From Mobula hypostoma (taxonomy: Eukaryota), in the NCBI RefSeq assembly GCF_963921235.1, contig NC_086115.1, forward strand, positions 17,670,001-17,734,000: DNA of 64,000 nt, read 5' to 3'. Shown here one piece after another: positions 36,175 to 48,539 of this stretch; position 1 is the first letter of the stretch; the number at the start of each line of letters is the position of its first letter. The notes under the pieces were generated by a model. It was given only the letters and a program-made list of their open reading frames with translations. It was not told the DNA's origin and ran no database searches. The translations under genes and the position numbers were made by a program.

Positions 36175-37067
36175 CACCTATTCCAATTCATGCAACATGC
36201 ATATAATCACTTGGATAATAGATTTTCTGATTACGAGTTAAGAGAATGGCAAACTTTTCCTTTTGCAAATGAAACCAATTTTGAATTTGGAAAATAGAAT
36301 GTCGTACCACTGCCAAAAAAACTCAGCTACTATTACTAACTACTTCAAAAGTGTACCTCAAAAATATAGCAATACTGTACTTTCAAATGTGTCACTTCCG
36401 AGAAAGTTAAGACTGGTTCAATTAAGACATTCACTGATATGTGGAACTACCTGCTTAGAAATGAAGAATTTTGAAGAATTGTCAATTCTTGTTGATTTCG
36501 TTGGAACGTTTCTATTCTATCTTCTAGTGCTAATTCCGAACATGGATTCAGTCTTATGAATTCAATCAATTGTAAATCCAGAAACAGACTAGAAGTGGAA
36601 CATTTGGATGATCCAATGAGGATTCAGATGTACCTTTCATCTGGATGCGAGATTAATCTGGACAGTGTTTATAGACGCAAACGGGAGAAAATCTGCAGAT
36701 GCTGGAGGAACACAGCAGGCCAGGCAGCATCTACAGGAAGAAGTACAGTCGACGTCTCGGCCCCAAACGTCGACTGTACTTCTTCCTATAGATGCTGCCT
36801 GGCCTGCTGCGTTCCCCCAGTGTTTATAGACAATAGATTCGTAAAAAAGACAGACGGGAACAAGTTTACGAAACGTGAAAGATTTGTTTTTTTTTGTTGT
36901 ACTATGTTTTATTATACATTCAATTAGTAAATAAAATCAAAAGTATGTGATTTTTCAATTTTCAGTCTATTCATAGTATGCCTAGTACCAAAAAAAAGGC
37001 GCTGTGCAGTTTTCAGGCCGAGTAAAGTGTTTGCTGGTTGGTCCGCGCAGCTATCGAAAACAGGGAA
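36175..37067 (+). mobile_element. hAT DNA transposon relic (transposase C-terminal dimerisation region and 3' end)
   Basis: About 36540-36670 translates GFSLMNSINCKSRNRLEVEHLDDPMRI, the hAT dimerisation motif (ERGFS.MN...RNRL...LD.LMRI). The CGCGCAGCT-containing end at about 37045-37067 resembles hAT termini. Confidence 0.7.
36677..36817. mobile_element. Fold-back mini-element made of inverted Penelope terminal sequence, 14-bp TSD
   Basis: Arms GCAGGCCAGGCAGCATCTACAGGAAGAAGTACAGTCGACG and CGTCGACTGTACTTCTTCCTATAGATGCTGCCTGGCCTGC. CAGTGTTTATAGAC is duplicated at 36663-36676 and 36818-36831. Confidence 0.85.
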
Positions 37068-37222
37068 GGTGAGTGAAGACCAGCAGGTCCGCTCATTACA
37101 CCCTCGGACGGATTTCACTGCATTTTTATCCGTACATGCGACAAATAAAGCTAATTTTATCTTAAATCTCAATTCTAAAGCTACGACGGGGTTTTGAGGG
37201 AGATAGGCACCGAGACACTCAC

Positions 37223-37247
37223 CTTTGGCCAGTGCTTTCGCGGACAT
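37223..37247 (-). CDS. GSTO1: Glutathione S-transferase omega, coding exon 1 (MSAKALAK-G)
   Basis: ATG TCC GCG AAA GCA CTG GCC AAA G|GTGAGT; phase 1 joins exon 2 (G|GA). It sits in a CpG-rich stretch. An in-frame upstream ATG exists at 37265. Confidence 0.85.
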
Positions 37248-37249
37248 GC

Positions 37250-37660
37250 TGCAGGCTGCTTTCATTCGGAGGGAGGGGAAGCGAGCGAGGGCACTTGGCT
37301 GTAGACGCAGCCAGCCAGGAATGTTGACTGTTCAGTCAGCTCCGACCCGCGGCCTCTCTCCGGAGCTGCGCCCGGACAGGCGGGGCCTGAAAAACTGCGC
37401 AAATATGCCCAGCAACGTGGCAAACTGACGGCCATTCTGCCCGTCGCCGCCCTGCACAGGCGCGAGGGGAGGTTCCAGGCGCTGGAACAGAGGGAGGGAA
37501 CAAGCACCCAGTGGGCGGTGAGTGTCAGAAGCAAGGCGCCATCACACCCACGGAAGTCAGGAGGAGAGTTCAAAAGGTTGACATCTACCTCATTACAAGA
37601 CTATTTAATAGTTCCGTACGACCATAAAATGAACTTTGATCTCAGGATCTACGTGCGCTG
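37250..37660 (-). promoter_or_regulatory. CpG-rich GSTO 5'UTR/promoter
   Basis: CpG-dense, with GC boxes (GGCGGGG about 37379, GGGCGG about 37513) and an ETS-like CGGAAGT at about 37551. Confidence 0.6.
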
Positions 37661-38124
37661 CGCTTTCTCTCTACCTGTATGAACCAAACTGCAAGACAGG
37701 TTTTTCCACTGTATACGTGCCAGTAATACACAAATCTAACAATCTACCAACTCTGTCCAAAGAATGCAAGCAAAACAAACACAGAAAATGCTGAACACCA
37801 GGAAATCTGCAGATGCTGGAAATTCAAGCAACACACATAAAAGTTGCTGGTGAACGCAGCAGGCCAGGCAGCATCTCTAGGAAGAGGTGCATTCAACGTT
37901 CCAGGCCGAGACTCTTCGTCAGGACTAATTGATCAATGCTGACATTGAGAAACAGAAACAGTGTTAGCGGAAGGCTCTATGGAAGAGTCATTGACTCTTT
38001 TCCCCCTCAGATACAGCCTGAAATTTAAAGTTTTTCTAACTTTTTTGAAGTTTTGTTTTATATTTCTGGCATGTATGCATTTTTAAAAAATTTCTTTCCA
38101 AGGATATTTCCAGTACAGTCACAT

Positions 38125-39560
38125 CTGGCCTGGTAGTCTATCAGACCAGACCTGTGCTGTACCCAAGGGAAAACCCATTAGCCCTTCGGGATATTGTCAC
38201 CTACAGTGACACTGGAGTGGTAGATACTTGTCTGATCAATTTGTCCAGCAGAAGGTCCTTTGACATGATATCACACACGTGCACCATGGATCTGCTCTCC
38301 AGAATGAGCGCTGGGGTGGGGATAGGGGACTGGATCTAAATTCTATGCAGAGACATCAGTCCATGTTAACCTGCTGGAAAGAGCACTCAATGCACATTAA
38401 TTTTCTTGCAGATGTTCACAGTGGAACGAAGAATTACAATAGAGTCAAATGAAAAATTACACACAAAAACAGACTGGGAAATTGTGCAAATACAAAAAGA
38501 AAATGAATAATAAATAAACAAACAAATAAAAACCGGAGAACTTGGGGTCCTTGAAAGTGAGTCCAAAGTTTCTGTTCAGGTTGAGGCAAGTGAAGTTGAA
38601 AACTTCACTTTGTTGGAAGGTAATAACTGTTCCTGTTGGTGTGGGGACACAGGGCTCTGGTACCTCTTTCCTGGTGGCAGCAGCAAGAAGAGAGAGCCTG
38701 AATGGTGGGGGTCCTTGATGATGGATGCTTCTATCTTGTGGAAGCGCTCTTTGTAGATGTGCTCAATGGAGGTGAGTGCTTTCCCTATGATGAACTGGGC
38801 AGTATCCACCATCTGTTGGCATCCCACCTGTTCTTCATGGGAAAGTTCCTGCAGGAAAAAAAACACGTTTGACCAAACGTCCATCAGGCAGTGGTCTGCA
38901 CGGAATATCCTGGAGGCCCAATGGAAGAAGGAATCAGTTGCTCCTGTGGGATGGTTCCACAAACGTCAAAGCCATTTGACAGAAAGCCTCATCATTAGAA
39001 CTCCTTATCGAGCACCAGGATCTCTCTCAGTTTGGAGTGAGGAGGAATTCACTGTCAGATCCTTCATGCAGAGCTGGAACCTCAGTCCTACCACACCACC
39101 TTCAAGGTGTGTTTGCTGAAAAAAGGGCACTGAGGTCCTGGTTGAGGTTCACCTGCAGCAGCCGTAGGACAGGACTGTGTGCACTATGGAGCTGTTTCCA
39201 GGGACACACAATGAGACAAGAACAAACCCTCAACCCTCTTATCCCAGGAATTAGCCTAATGACTGCTTCCAATTCCAAGCAGGTGTGGCTTCAATAAAAG
39301 CCTGTACAATTGTAGCATTACTACTCTATTCGTAATCACCAACACTCCACAAATACCCATTGCCGCTGGAAGATCATCAACTCCGTGAAAGGTGTACTTT
39401 GATCCGACCAAAATGTTTAGGTTTTCCAGAGCAATGTGTTGCCTGTAACCGGGACATTCCAGGTTCCAGGAATACGTGCTGAGCATCATGTTGAAGTCCA
39501 ATGCAAAGGCTCAGTGGGGCGTGGTTCTCTCCGCTACATACCACAGAAGGGCTGGCTCTC
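38125..39560 (+). mobile_element. Second degenerate Tx1-group element, interrupted by a minus-strand Rex-Babar fragment (about 38400-38820)
   Basis: Fragments DQTCAVP, ALRDIVTY..GVVDTCLINL, SFDMISHT and IRQWSARNILEAQWKKESVAPVGWF. Minus ORF 38576-38962 contains SIIKDPHHSG..LLPPGKRY. Confidence 0.7.
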
Positions 39561-42500
39561 AAATTTATCACCAGTGCAATGTTCAGGAGGTGAACATCAA
39601 TGATACATTGATATATTGTAAATTTTGTAATGAAATGTAAGGATATGCTTGGTACAGACCATCTTCAGGTTACAAACAACCAACGTATTCAATGTATGGA
39701 CATCTCTTTATACAAAAAGGATCCTATAATACTAAATTCAAAAGTCCATCTCACATCCTTATGCTTGTTCCTAAGAGCAGCCAAACTAGGTTCCCCCCCA
39801 CGCCTTGATAATTGTTCTTCCCTATCAGTCTTATGTACCCTTGAAACCATTTATCGCAATACCACAGAGGTACGATTACCATATTGAGTGATTTTTGTGT
39901 ACATTTCAACTTATATACACAATGTCGTATTTAAACGTCAGCCCAGATAGCCTGGGAAGACATTGCTCGCTCTCCCGCAATGTTTACTCCTCTCTCTATG
40001 CCGATGAGGCGATGAAGACAGCCCTGGCTGCTGTGCTAATATGATAGACTGATACCAAGGCTTTGGGCCTGCTCCTGGCTGCTCCGGGGTTCGGATCTAA
40101 GGACTCATTTTGCTTCAGAGTGTTGTTGCTTCTGTTGTTTGCATGATTTGTGTTTTTTTCCTCTTTCTCTGCATGTCGGGTGTTGGGCCTTATTTTATTT
40201 TTTTAAATTGAGGTCTTTTGGGCTTCTTGCTTAGTGGCTGCCTGTGGACAAACAAATCTCAAGGTTGTATCATTTATAACTTATTTGATAGTAACTTTGA
40301 AACTTTGAATAAAGGAGCCCAGGGATTCCTCTGTAGTGCTAATAAAGATAATGTTCTGGTTCTGTAACTGTGTATTTTGTAAATTAAGTATTCTTTTGGA
40401 GGAAAGTTGCATTATAGAAGCACAGGCCAAGAAACTGGGTCCATTTTCAGGTGCTAAGTGGCTGTTTAAGTTCAATGGTATAAATAAGCTGGATACTAAT
40501 ACTCTTTACCCCAGGGTAGGCAAGTCCACAACTAGGGGTCATAGATTTCAGCTTTGAGGAAAAGATTTTAAAAGGACTTAGGGGTAACTTCTTCATACGG
40601 ATGGTGGCAAGAATATGGAATGAGCTGCCAGAGGATGTGTGGTTGAGCCAGGTCCAATACTATCATTTCAGAAGCATTTGGATAAGTACATGGAGGGATG
40701 GGCCTTGGAGGGATATGGACTGAATACAGGATATTGGGACTAACTGGGGGGGGGCATGGACTCATTGGGCTGAAGACCTGGTGCTGTGTTGCTCTGTGAC
40801 TCTATAATTAACATCTTTTTGCACTCTTGGTTTTCAAAACCATTCTTGACAGTGATCAAACTATCGGTGATGTGGATAATTAAAGTGTAAGAGCGGAGAA
40901 ACGTCATTCTCTATGGAAACTGTATGAGTGATTAGTCAATCCAAAGTTTAACGGAAATCTATCAATGATCAACTAGTAAGCAGGCCACAACTTCAGTTTC
41001 AAAGGGAGATCGATGTGCAACTCTGTTTTCTAAGCAAGTTAATAGTTTATCATTGAAGAATTGCAATATATATTTTAACAGTTCAGGGACCCTTTGGCTG
41101 CTTCTAATTTTCCATCAAGTTTCCAAATTTATACAGCTTGTGAAAGACTTCAGAATACTTGAAGGGGTTGCCCCTAAAGTTTGAGCACATGGTGTAAGAA
41201 CATTCATCATCAAAGATCCTGACCGTCTAGGTCATGCCATCTTTTCAGTTACCATCGGACAGGAGGTCCGACACCTCCAGATGCAAGAACAGCTAATTCC
41301 CTTCATCCATTGAGTTCCTGAACCAACTAGCAAAACCCTAATCACTACAGTGTAGGAATATTATGACCACTGTGATCACCTTGCACTAAAATTGACTATT
41401 TTTTGGTTCTAGTTACTGTATGTTTTCTTTCTTGGAAAGATGTTTATGTTTAATTTCTGTTTCGCTCATGAATTTTGCTTATCTGATGCTATGTCCCTGT
41501 GATGCTGCTGCAAATAAACTCTTCATTGCACGTGTGGACACATAAACTTGTGCAGATGAAAATAAACTCCACTTTGACTTTGACCTCCTGTTGGTCAGTT
41601 TCTGGGCTTGACCAAAATGGCCTTTTCTAATTTATTGTTGGGATCTGGACATTGTTGGCAAAGCCAGTGTTGATTGTTGCTAGGGTAGTAATCTCTGAAT
41701 TGCTGCCTGTGCCATGTGTTAGTGAGGGAATGATTTGGCAAATGAATGCATGGTTGAGGAATTGTTGCAGAGGGTAGGATTTCAGATTTGTGGACCATTG
41801 GTATCTCCTACGGGTAAGGTCTGACCAACACGAAAAGAACAGGTTACACCTGAACCCGAAGGGGATTTGTGTGGGCAGGTTTGCTATGTTGTTGAGTGGG
41901 GTTTAGACTAGTCTGGCAGGGGGATGGGAACCAGGCATTTGGTATACAAGTAGATGCAGCGTGTAGTGAGCCTGAGGAAGATAGGACAGATGATAGGGCA
42001 ACATTGCAGTAGGTGAGATGAGTTCATGGAGGCAAAACTGCAAGGGGTGATGAATACAGGACTAAAGGTGTTACATATGAATGTATGCAGTATAATGAAT
42101 AAGGTAGATGATCTTGTAGTGCAGTTAGAGATTGGCAGGTATGATGTTGTGGGCATTACTGAGTCATGGCTGAAAGAAGATCATAGTTGGAGCTTAACAT
42201 CCAAGGATACACCTTGTGTCAAAAGGACAAGCCGTTTGGCAGAGGAAGTGGGGTGGCTGTGTTGGTAAAAAAAAATGTAATCAAATCTTTAAAAAGAGGT
42301 GATATACTATAGGATCGGAAGATGTAGAATCCTTGTGAGTAGAGTTAAGAAACTGCTATGGTAAAAAGGCCCTATAGGAGTTAAATACAGGCCTCTGAAC
42401 TGTAGCCAGGATGTGGGCTACAAATTACAAAGGGAGATAGAAAGTGCATGTCAAAAGGGTAATGTTACGATAGTCATGGGGAGAGTGGGAAAATCAGGTT

Positions 42501-42680
42501 GCTGCTGGATTACAAGAAAGAGAATTTGTAGAATGCCTATGAAATGGCTTTCTAGATCAGCTTGTGTTTGAGCCCACGAGGGGAAAGGCAATTCTAATTT
42601 GGCTGTTGAATATTGAACCAGATTTGATTAGGGAGCTTAAGGTAGAAGAACCCTTGGGGATAAGTGATCATAGTATGGTA

Positions 42681-42951
42681 TGTTACATACCCCGTAACGG
42701 GTTAAAGAACCAGCAGGAATGGGAAACACCTGGAGTCTGGTATTGCTGTTAACTAAAGCTATTTTATTAGCAACTACGCAATACAGTAATATAAAATTAG
42801 ATAAATCAAACAGGTTAGCAGAACTTTTGCGTATACAGGTGAGTTAAATATAGAACCCAAACTTCTTCAAGCTTGAGGGTAAATGGATACAGTCTTACAG
42901 CAGTAGGTAAGCGAAGTCAGATCAGTTCGTGATATTTGGTTGAGTAGAATG

Positions 42952-43038
<87 letters not shown>

Positions 43039-43487
43039 GTTTAGTTCTCCAGGTAAGCCGATGCCATCAATCCTCGGTTGTCTCCGAAAACCTTTAAAGT
43101 CACCGAATGTGAACACAAAAAGGAGACCGTCTTCTGTGGTGAAGCTATCAACCCAGACAGGGTTGGACACAGTGATAACTTCCCACCAGTCACCCCTTTT
43201 CCACACTGCGAGAGCCACTGATCCATTCTCCCGATCGATCCTCCAAAACCCACCTTTCTGTGGGCACACAAAGCTCACCCAGTGTCCGGAGCTGTGTGTG
43301 TCTGGCTGACCAGCTGACCTCGTATTTATCCAAACATGCTGAACCCCAGCTGTCCATCAAATAACGCCGCCCTCGCTCACCACGGTGACCCACGAGCTAC
43401 TCGTTGCTCTCTCTCACCAAATCAGTTGTACCCTCTCTCTCCTTTTAAAGGTACAGTCCATAAGGGATAATTCAAGATACCGTCACA
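42681..43487. mobile_element. Solo LTR (Gypsy-like), 807 bp, TG...CA ends, 4-bp TSD GGTA
   Basis: GGTA|TGTTACA...CGTCACA|GGTA. Removing it restores the CR1 sequence GATCATAGTATGGTAGAATTCACC. Confidence 0.85.
42955..43037 (+). repeat. Compound (GA)n(GATA)n microsatellite inside the LTR
   Basis: Directly visible in the sequence. Confidence 0.95.
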
Positions 43488-45547
43488 GGTAGAATTCACC
43501 CTGCATTTTGAGAGGGGCAAGATAAAGATCAGTGTTACAGTGGACTAAAGGGAATTACAGAGACATGAGTAGGGAGCTAGCCAAAGCTGATTGGAAGGTG
43601 ACACTAGCAGGGGTGATGGCAGAACAACAATGGCTGGAGCTTCTGGGGACAATTCAGAAAGCACAGGATAGATATGACCCAAAGGAGAAGAAATATTCTA
43701 AAGGGAGGATGAGGCAACTGTGGCTGACAAGGGAAGTCAAAGACAGCACAAAAGCAAAAGAGAGAGCATATGCTATAGCAGAAATTAGTGGGAAGTTAGA
43801 GGATTGGTAAGCTTTTAAAAACCAGCAGAAGATAACTGAAAAGGCCATAAGGAGAGAAAAGATTAAATATGAAGACAAGCTTGCCAATAAAATAAACGAA
43901 GATACCAAGATTTTCCAGAAATCTAATGAGTAAAAGAGGCATGAGTGGATATTGGACCGCTGGAAAATGACACTGGAGAGGTAGTAATGGGGGGGGGGGC
44001 GGAGGAAGAATAGCAGATGAGCTTAATAAGTATTTAGTATCAGTCATCACTGTGGAAGACATAAGCAGTATGCCAGAAATTCAAGAGTGTCAGGGGGCAG
44101 ACATAATTGTCATTGCTGTTCCTGAGGAGAAGGTGTCAAGGAACCTGAAAGGTCTGAAGGTAAATAAGTCACCTGGACCTGGTGGAATATACAACAGGAA
44201 AGCAACATCCATCATCAGGGACCATACCACCCAGGTCACGTACTCTTCTCCCTGTTGCCATCCGGAAAAAGGTACAGGAGCTTCAGGACTCACATCACCA
44301 GGTTCAGGAACAGTTATTATTCCTCAACCATTAAGCTCTTGAACTTGAGGGGATAACTTCACTTGTCCCATCACTAAATTATTCCCACAACCTATGGACT
44401 CACTCTCAAGGACTCTTCATCTCATGTTCTCGATATTTATTGCTTGCTTGCGATAGATCTATCTATCTAGCTATGTATTTATTTATCTATCGATCAATCA
44501 AGTTATTTATTATTTCTCCTTTGTTGTTTGCACAGTTCCCTATTGATGCACTCTTTCACTGATTCTATTATGGTTATTAAATTTATTGAGTATGCCACAA
44601 GAAAATGAATCTGAGGGTTGTTCATGGTGACATATGTGTACTTTGATAATAAATTTTCTTTTACTTTTACTTTACTGAAAGATGTAGCTGGAAAGGTTGT
44701 GGAGGCATTAGTAATGACCTTTCAAGAATCACTCAATTCTGGAATGGTTCCAGAGGACTCGAACATTACAAATGTCACTTCATTCTTTGAGAAGGGAGGA
44801 AGGCAGAAGAAAGAAAATTACAAGCCAGTTAACCTGACTTCAGCGGTTGGGAAGACATTGAAGTCCATTATTATGGATGAGGTTTCAGGGTAATTGGAAG
44901 CACATGATAAATTAGGCCAAAGTCAGTATGATTTCCTAAAGGGAAAATCTTGCCTGACAAACATGGGTTGGAATTCTTTCAGGAAATAACAGGCAGAATA
45001 GACAAAGGAGATTCAGTGGATGTTGTTTACTTGTATATTCAAAAGGACTTTGGCATGGTGCTGTGCCTGAGGCTGCTTAACAAGATAAGAGTTCATGGTG
45101 TTACAGGAAAGATACTAGCATGGATAGAAGATTGGCAAATGGCAGGAGGCAAAGCTTGAGAATAAAATGGGAATAAAGAGGGCCGGTGGTTGGTGGTGTT
45201 CCGCAGGGGTCAGTTTTGGGAGTGTTTCTATTCACATTAGGTGTAAATGATTTGGATGATGCAATTGACGACTTTGTGGCCAAGTTTGCAGACGAGACGA
45301 AGGTAGGTGCAGAGGAAGGTAGTGTTGAAGGAGGAGGGGGTCTGCAGAAGGACTTAGATTGGGAGAATGGGTGAAGAGGTGGCAGATAGAATCTAGCGTC
45401 GGGAAGTGTATGGTCATGCACTCTGGTGAAAGGAATAAAAGCTACTTTCTAATTGGGGAGAAAATTCAAAAACCAGAGGAGCAAAGGGACTTTGGAGTCC
45501 TTGTGCAGGGTTCCTCTAAAGATTAATGTGCAGGTTGAGTTGGAAGT

Positions 45548-45940
45548 CATCATCATCGTTGTGTGCTGTGTCGTATGACATCAGCGATCATGGTCCCATG
45601 ACCATGATTGTTCTTGGCAAATTTCTCTACAGAAGTGGTTTACCATTTCCTCCTTCTGGGTAGTATCTTTACAAGACAGGTAACCCGGTCATGATCAATA
45701 TTCTTTCAGAGATTGTCAGCCTGGTTATCAGTGGTTGCACAACCAGGACTTGTGATATGCACCAGTTGCTCATATGACCATCCACCACCTGCCATGGCTA
45801 CACATGATCGTGACAGGGGTGGTGGGGGGAGGGATGAAGTGGGTACCACACCTTGCCCAAGGGTGACCTGCAGGCTACTGGAGGGAAGGAGCACCTTATA
45901 CCTCCTTTGGTAGAGATGTATCACTACTCCACCACCCAGC
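45548..45940 (-). mobile_element. SINE with CORE-like domain and RTE-type 3' tail
   Basis: Homologous to 48145-48500. Minus strand: GTCACCCTTGGGCAAGG (CORE-like), GGAAATGGTAAACCACTTCTGTAGAGAAATTTGCCAAGAACAATCATGG (RTE/BovB-like tail), ending in (GAT)n. Confidence 0.75.
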
Positions 45941-46924
45941 CGGAGGTAAGGAAGGCAAATGCAATGTTAGCATTCCTTTCTAGAGGACTAGAATATAAGA
46001 GCAGGGATGTGATGCTGAGGCTTTATAAGGCACTGGTCAGACCGCACTTGGAGTACTGTGAGCAGTTTTGGGCCCCTTATCAAAGAAAGCATGTGCTCAC
46101 ATTGGAGAGGGTCCAAAGGAGGTTCTTGAGAATGATTCCAGGAGTGAAAGGCATTGAATATATTTAAAGCAGAGCTTGATAGGTTCCTCTTTGGTCACAG
46201 GGAGAAGGCAGGAGAATGGGATTGAGAGGGATAATAAATCAGCATAATGGAATTGTGAGCAGACTCAATGGGGAAAATGACCAAATTCCGCTCCTTTGTC
46301 TTGTGGTCTTATTGTCCATTTCTAATTGCCCTGGAGAAGTTGAGAGTGAGCCATTTTCATGAAATATTGCAGTTCTTCTGTGTTTCCATGGATCTGAATG
46401 TATGTTTGTGAACCCCAAGGTCCCTTTGTTCCCCCACACCATTAAGAATCCTGCCACTAACCCTACACTGAAGTTTGAGCTTCCAAAATGAGTAACGGCA
46501 CACCTTTCTCGAGGAATCCATCTCGATCTGAACTCCATCTTTAAACCTCGTTTCTCACACCTCAAACCTACGCCCTCTGGTTTTGGTCCTCTTACCGAGG
46601 AAATATATATTTATCCTATCTATTGCTCTCAGCATTTTATAAATCTATATCATGTCACCTCTCAGCCTCCTCTACTCTGAGGAAACAGACCCAGTCTCTC
46701 CTTATAACTAAGGTCCCCCTGTCCAAGCACCATTTTTGTGATTTTTTTTCTTCACTGACTCTTCCCCAATTTTTATCCATGAGCTCTACCAATCTCTGAT
46801 TTGAATTTCCATTGCTCTTCCATCCACATCTGCTCAATATATCTCAACAATCTACTATGTTCTCATTCCATTTCAATGAATTACACTAATCTATATGAAT
46901 ACCCTTACATAACTACAACTATAA

Positions 46925-47490
46925 CAAGGTGACCTTTTACCACTGCACCATAGAGAGCATCTTAACATACTGCATCTCTGTGTGGTATCTCAGTTGTACA
47001 GCAGCTGATAGGAAAGCATTTCAGCGGGTCGTCTTTAGCGCACAGAAGATTATCGGGACACAGCTCCCAGCCCTGGAGGACCTACAGCTCATGTTGCCTA
47101 AGGAAAGCTACAAGCATCTGTAAGGACAATACACACCCATGCAATCATCTGTTTGAACTTCTTTCATGTGGCAGACGTTATAAGATTTTCTATGCCCGCA
47201 CTTCCAGAATGAAAAATAGCTTTTTCCCAAGAGCTATAATTGCCCTGAACAAATCGATCAAGCATCATCCATAAATTTGTCATATTGCTACTTTAATACT
47301 GGTTTTATGGCTGTCGTGCACCTGAGTTGTGCTTTTGCACTGCTGGACATCGCTTGTACTGGCTGGTTACTTGATTTTATTTATTGTTTATTTATTTTAT
47401 TTGTTGTTTTATAGCCTTGAGTACGAGAGTTGCAAACTTATTTTTGCTGTATTGGTGCATGACAAATTGTACTTTGCAATGACAATAAAG
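46925..47490 (+). mobile_element. Rex1/Babar 3' fragment
   Basis: FYHCTIESILTYCISVWY...HLFELLSCGRRY; ends GACAATAAAG. Confidence 0.85.
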
Positions 47491-47536
47491 ATATTTACGA
47501 TATTTACGAGAGGTGACATGATATAGATATTTCCGA

Positions 47537-48022
47537 TATCTACGAGTCTGTGGTGACCAGTGCTATCATGTTTGCTGTTGTGTGCTGGGGCAGCAGACGC
47601 CAACAGCATCAACAAACTTATTCGTAAGGCCAGTGATGTTGTGGGGATGGAACTGGACTCTCTGACGGTGGTGTCTGAAAAGAGGATGCTGTCCAAGCTG
47701 CATGCCATCTTGGTCAATGTCTCCCATCCACTACATAATGTACTGGGTGGGCACAGGAGTACATTCAGCCAGAGACTCATTCCACCGAGTTACAACACAG
47801 AGCGTCATAGGAAGTCATTCCTGCCTGTGGCCATCAAACTTTACAACTCCTCCCTTGGAGGGTCAGACACCCTGAGCCAATATGCTGGTCCTGGACTTAT
47901 TTCCTGGCATAAATTACATATTACTATTTAACTATTTATGGTTTTATTACTATTTATTATTTATGGTGCAACTGTAACGAAAGCCAATTTCCCCCAGGAT
48001 CAATAAAGTATGACTATGACTA
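47537..48022 (+). mobile_element. Rex1/Babar 3' fragment with (TATGAC)n tail
   Basis: INKLIRKASDVVG...SHPLH...RKSFLPVAIKLYNSS; very similar to 50292-51078. Confidence 0.9.
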
Positions 48023-48144
48023 TTCCATTTCTGCTTGATTATTTCCTTTTACTTATATTTCTGTTTTTTTTTCTCTTTATCGTCCTGTCCTTATTTCTTC
48101 CTCATTGTGTTTGTTTTTTTTCTCTCTTCTATTTTCCTCCCTGA

Positions 48145-48500
48145 TTGGCGTGGTGGAGATACGTCTCTACCAAAGGAGATGTAAGGCGCTCCTTCCCTCC
48201 ACTAGTCTACATGTCACCCTTGGGCAAGGTGTAGCATCTGCTTAGCCCCCAGATCAGGGTCACGTTATGCCATGGAGCAGTCTTGGGAGATGGCGAGTGA
48301 GCGGCTGGTGCATATCACAAGTCCTGGTTAGGCGACCACCGACGCCAGGCAGACAATCTCTGAAGAGTATTGATAAAGGCTGGGGACACCTGTTCGGTAA
48401 AGAGACTGCCCAGAAGGCAATGGCAAACCACCTCAAGAACAATCATGGTCACGGAAAGACTATGATCGCCCACGTCAATACGACACGGCACAGAATGAAG
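48145..48500 (+). mobile_element. SINE with CORE-like domain and RTE-type tail, directly upstream of the CFAP43 promoter
   Basis: Same family as 45548-45940, with an AAGGCAATGGCAAACCAC...CACGTCAATACGACACGGCAC tail. Confidence 0.75.
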
Positions 48501-48539
48501 GAACGATTTCCCTCCATTTACATTTCTCTCCCTTTCATC

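Larger units (their letters stand above)
41700..46310 (+). mobile_element. Old near-full-length CR1 interrupted by an LTR, a Rex-Babar 3' fragment (about 44187-44672) and a SINE
   Basis: ORF1-esterase-like remnant at about 41740-41900, APE (DVVGITESW, EPTRGKAIL, SDH) and RT fragments ([32 protein letters not shown]). Confidence 0.85.
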
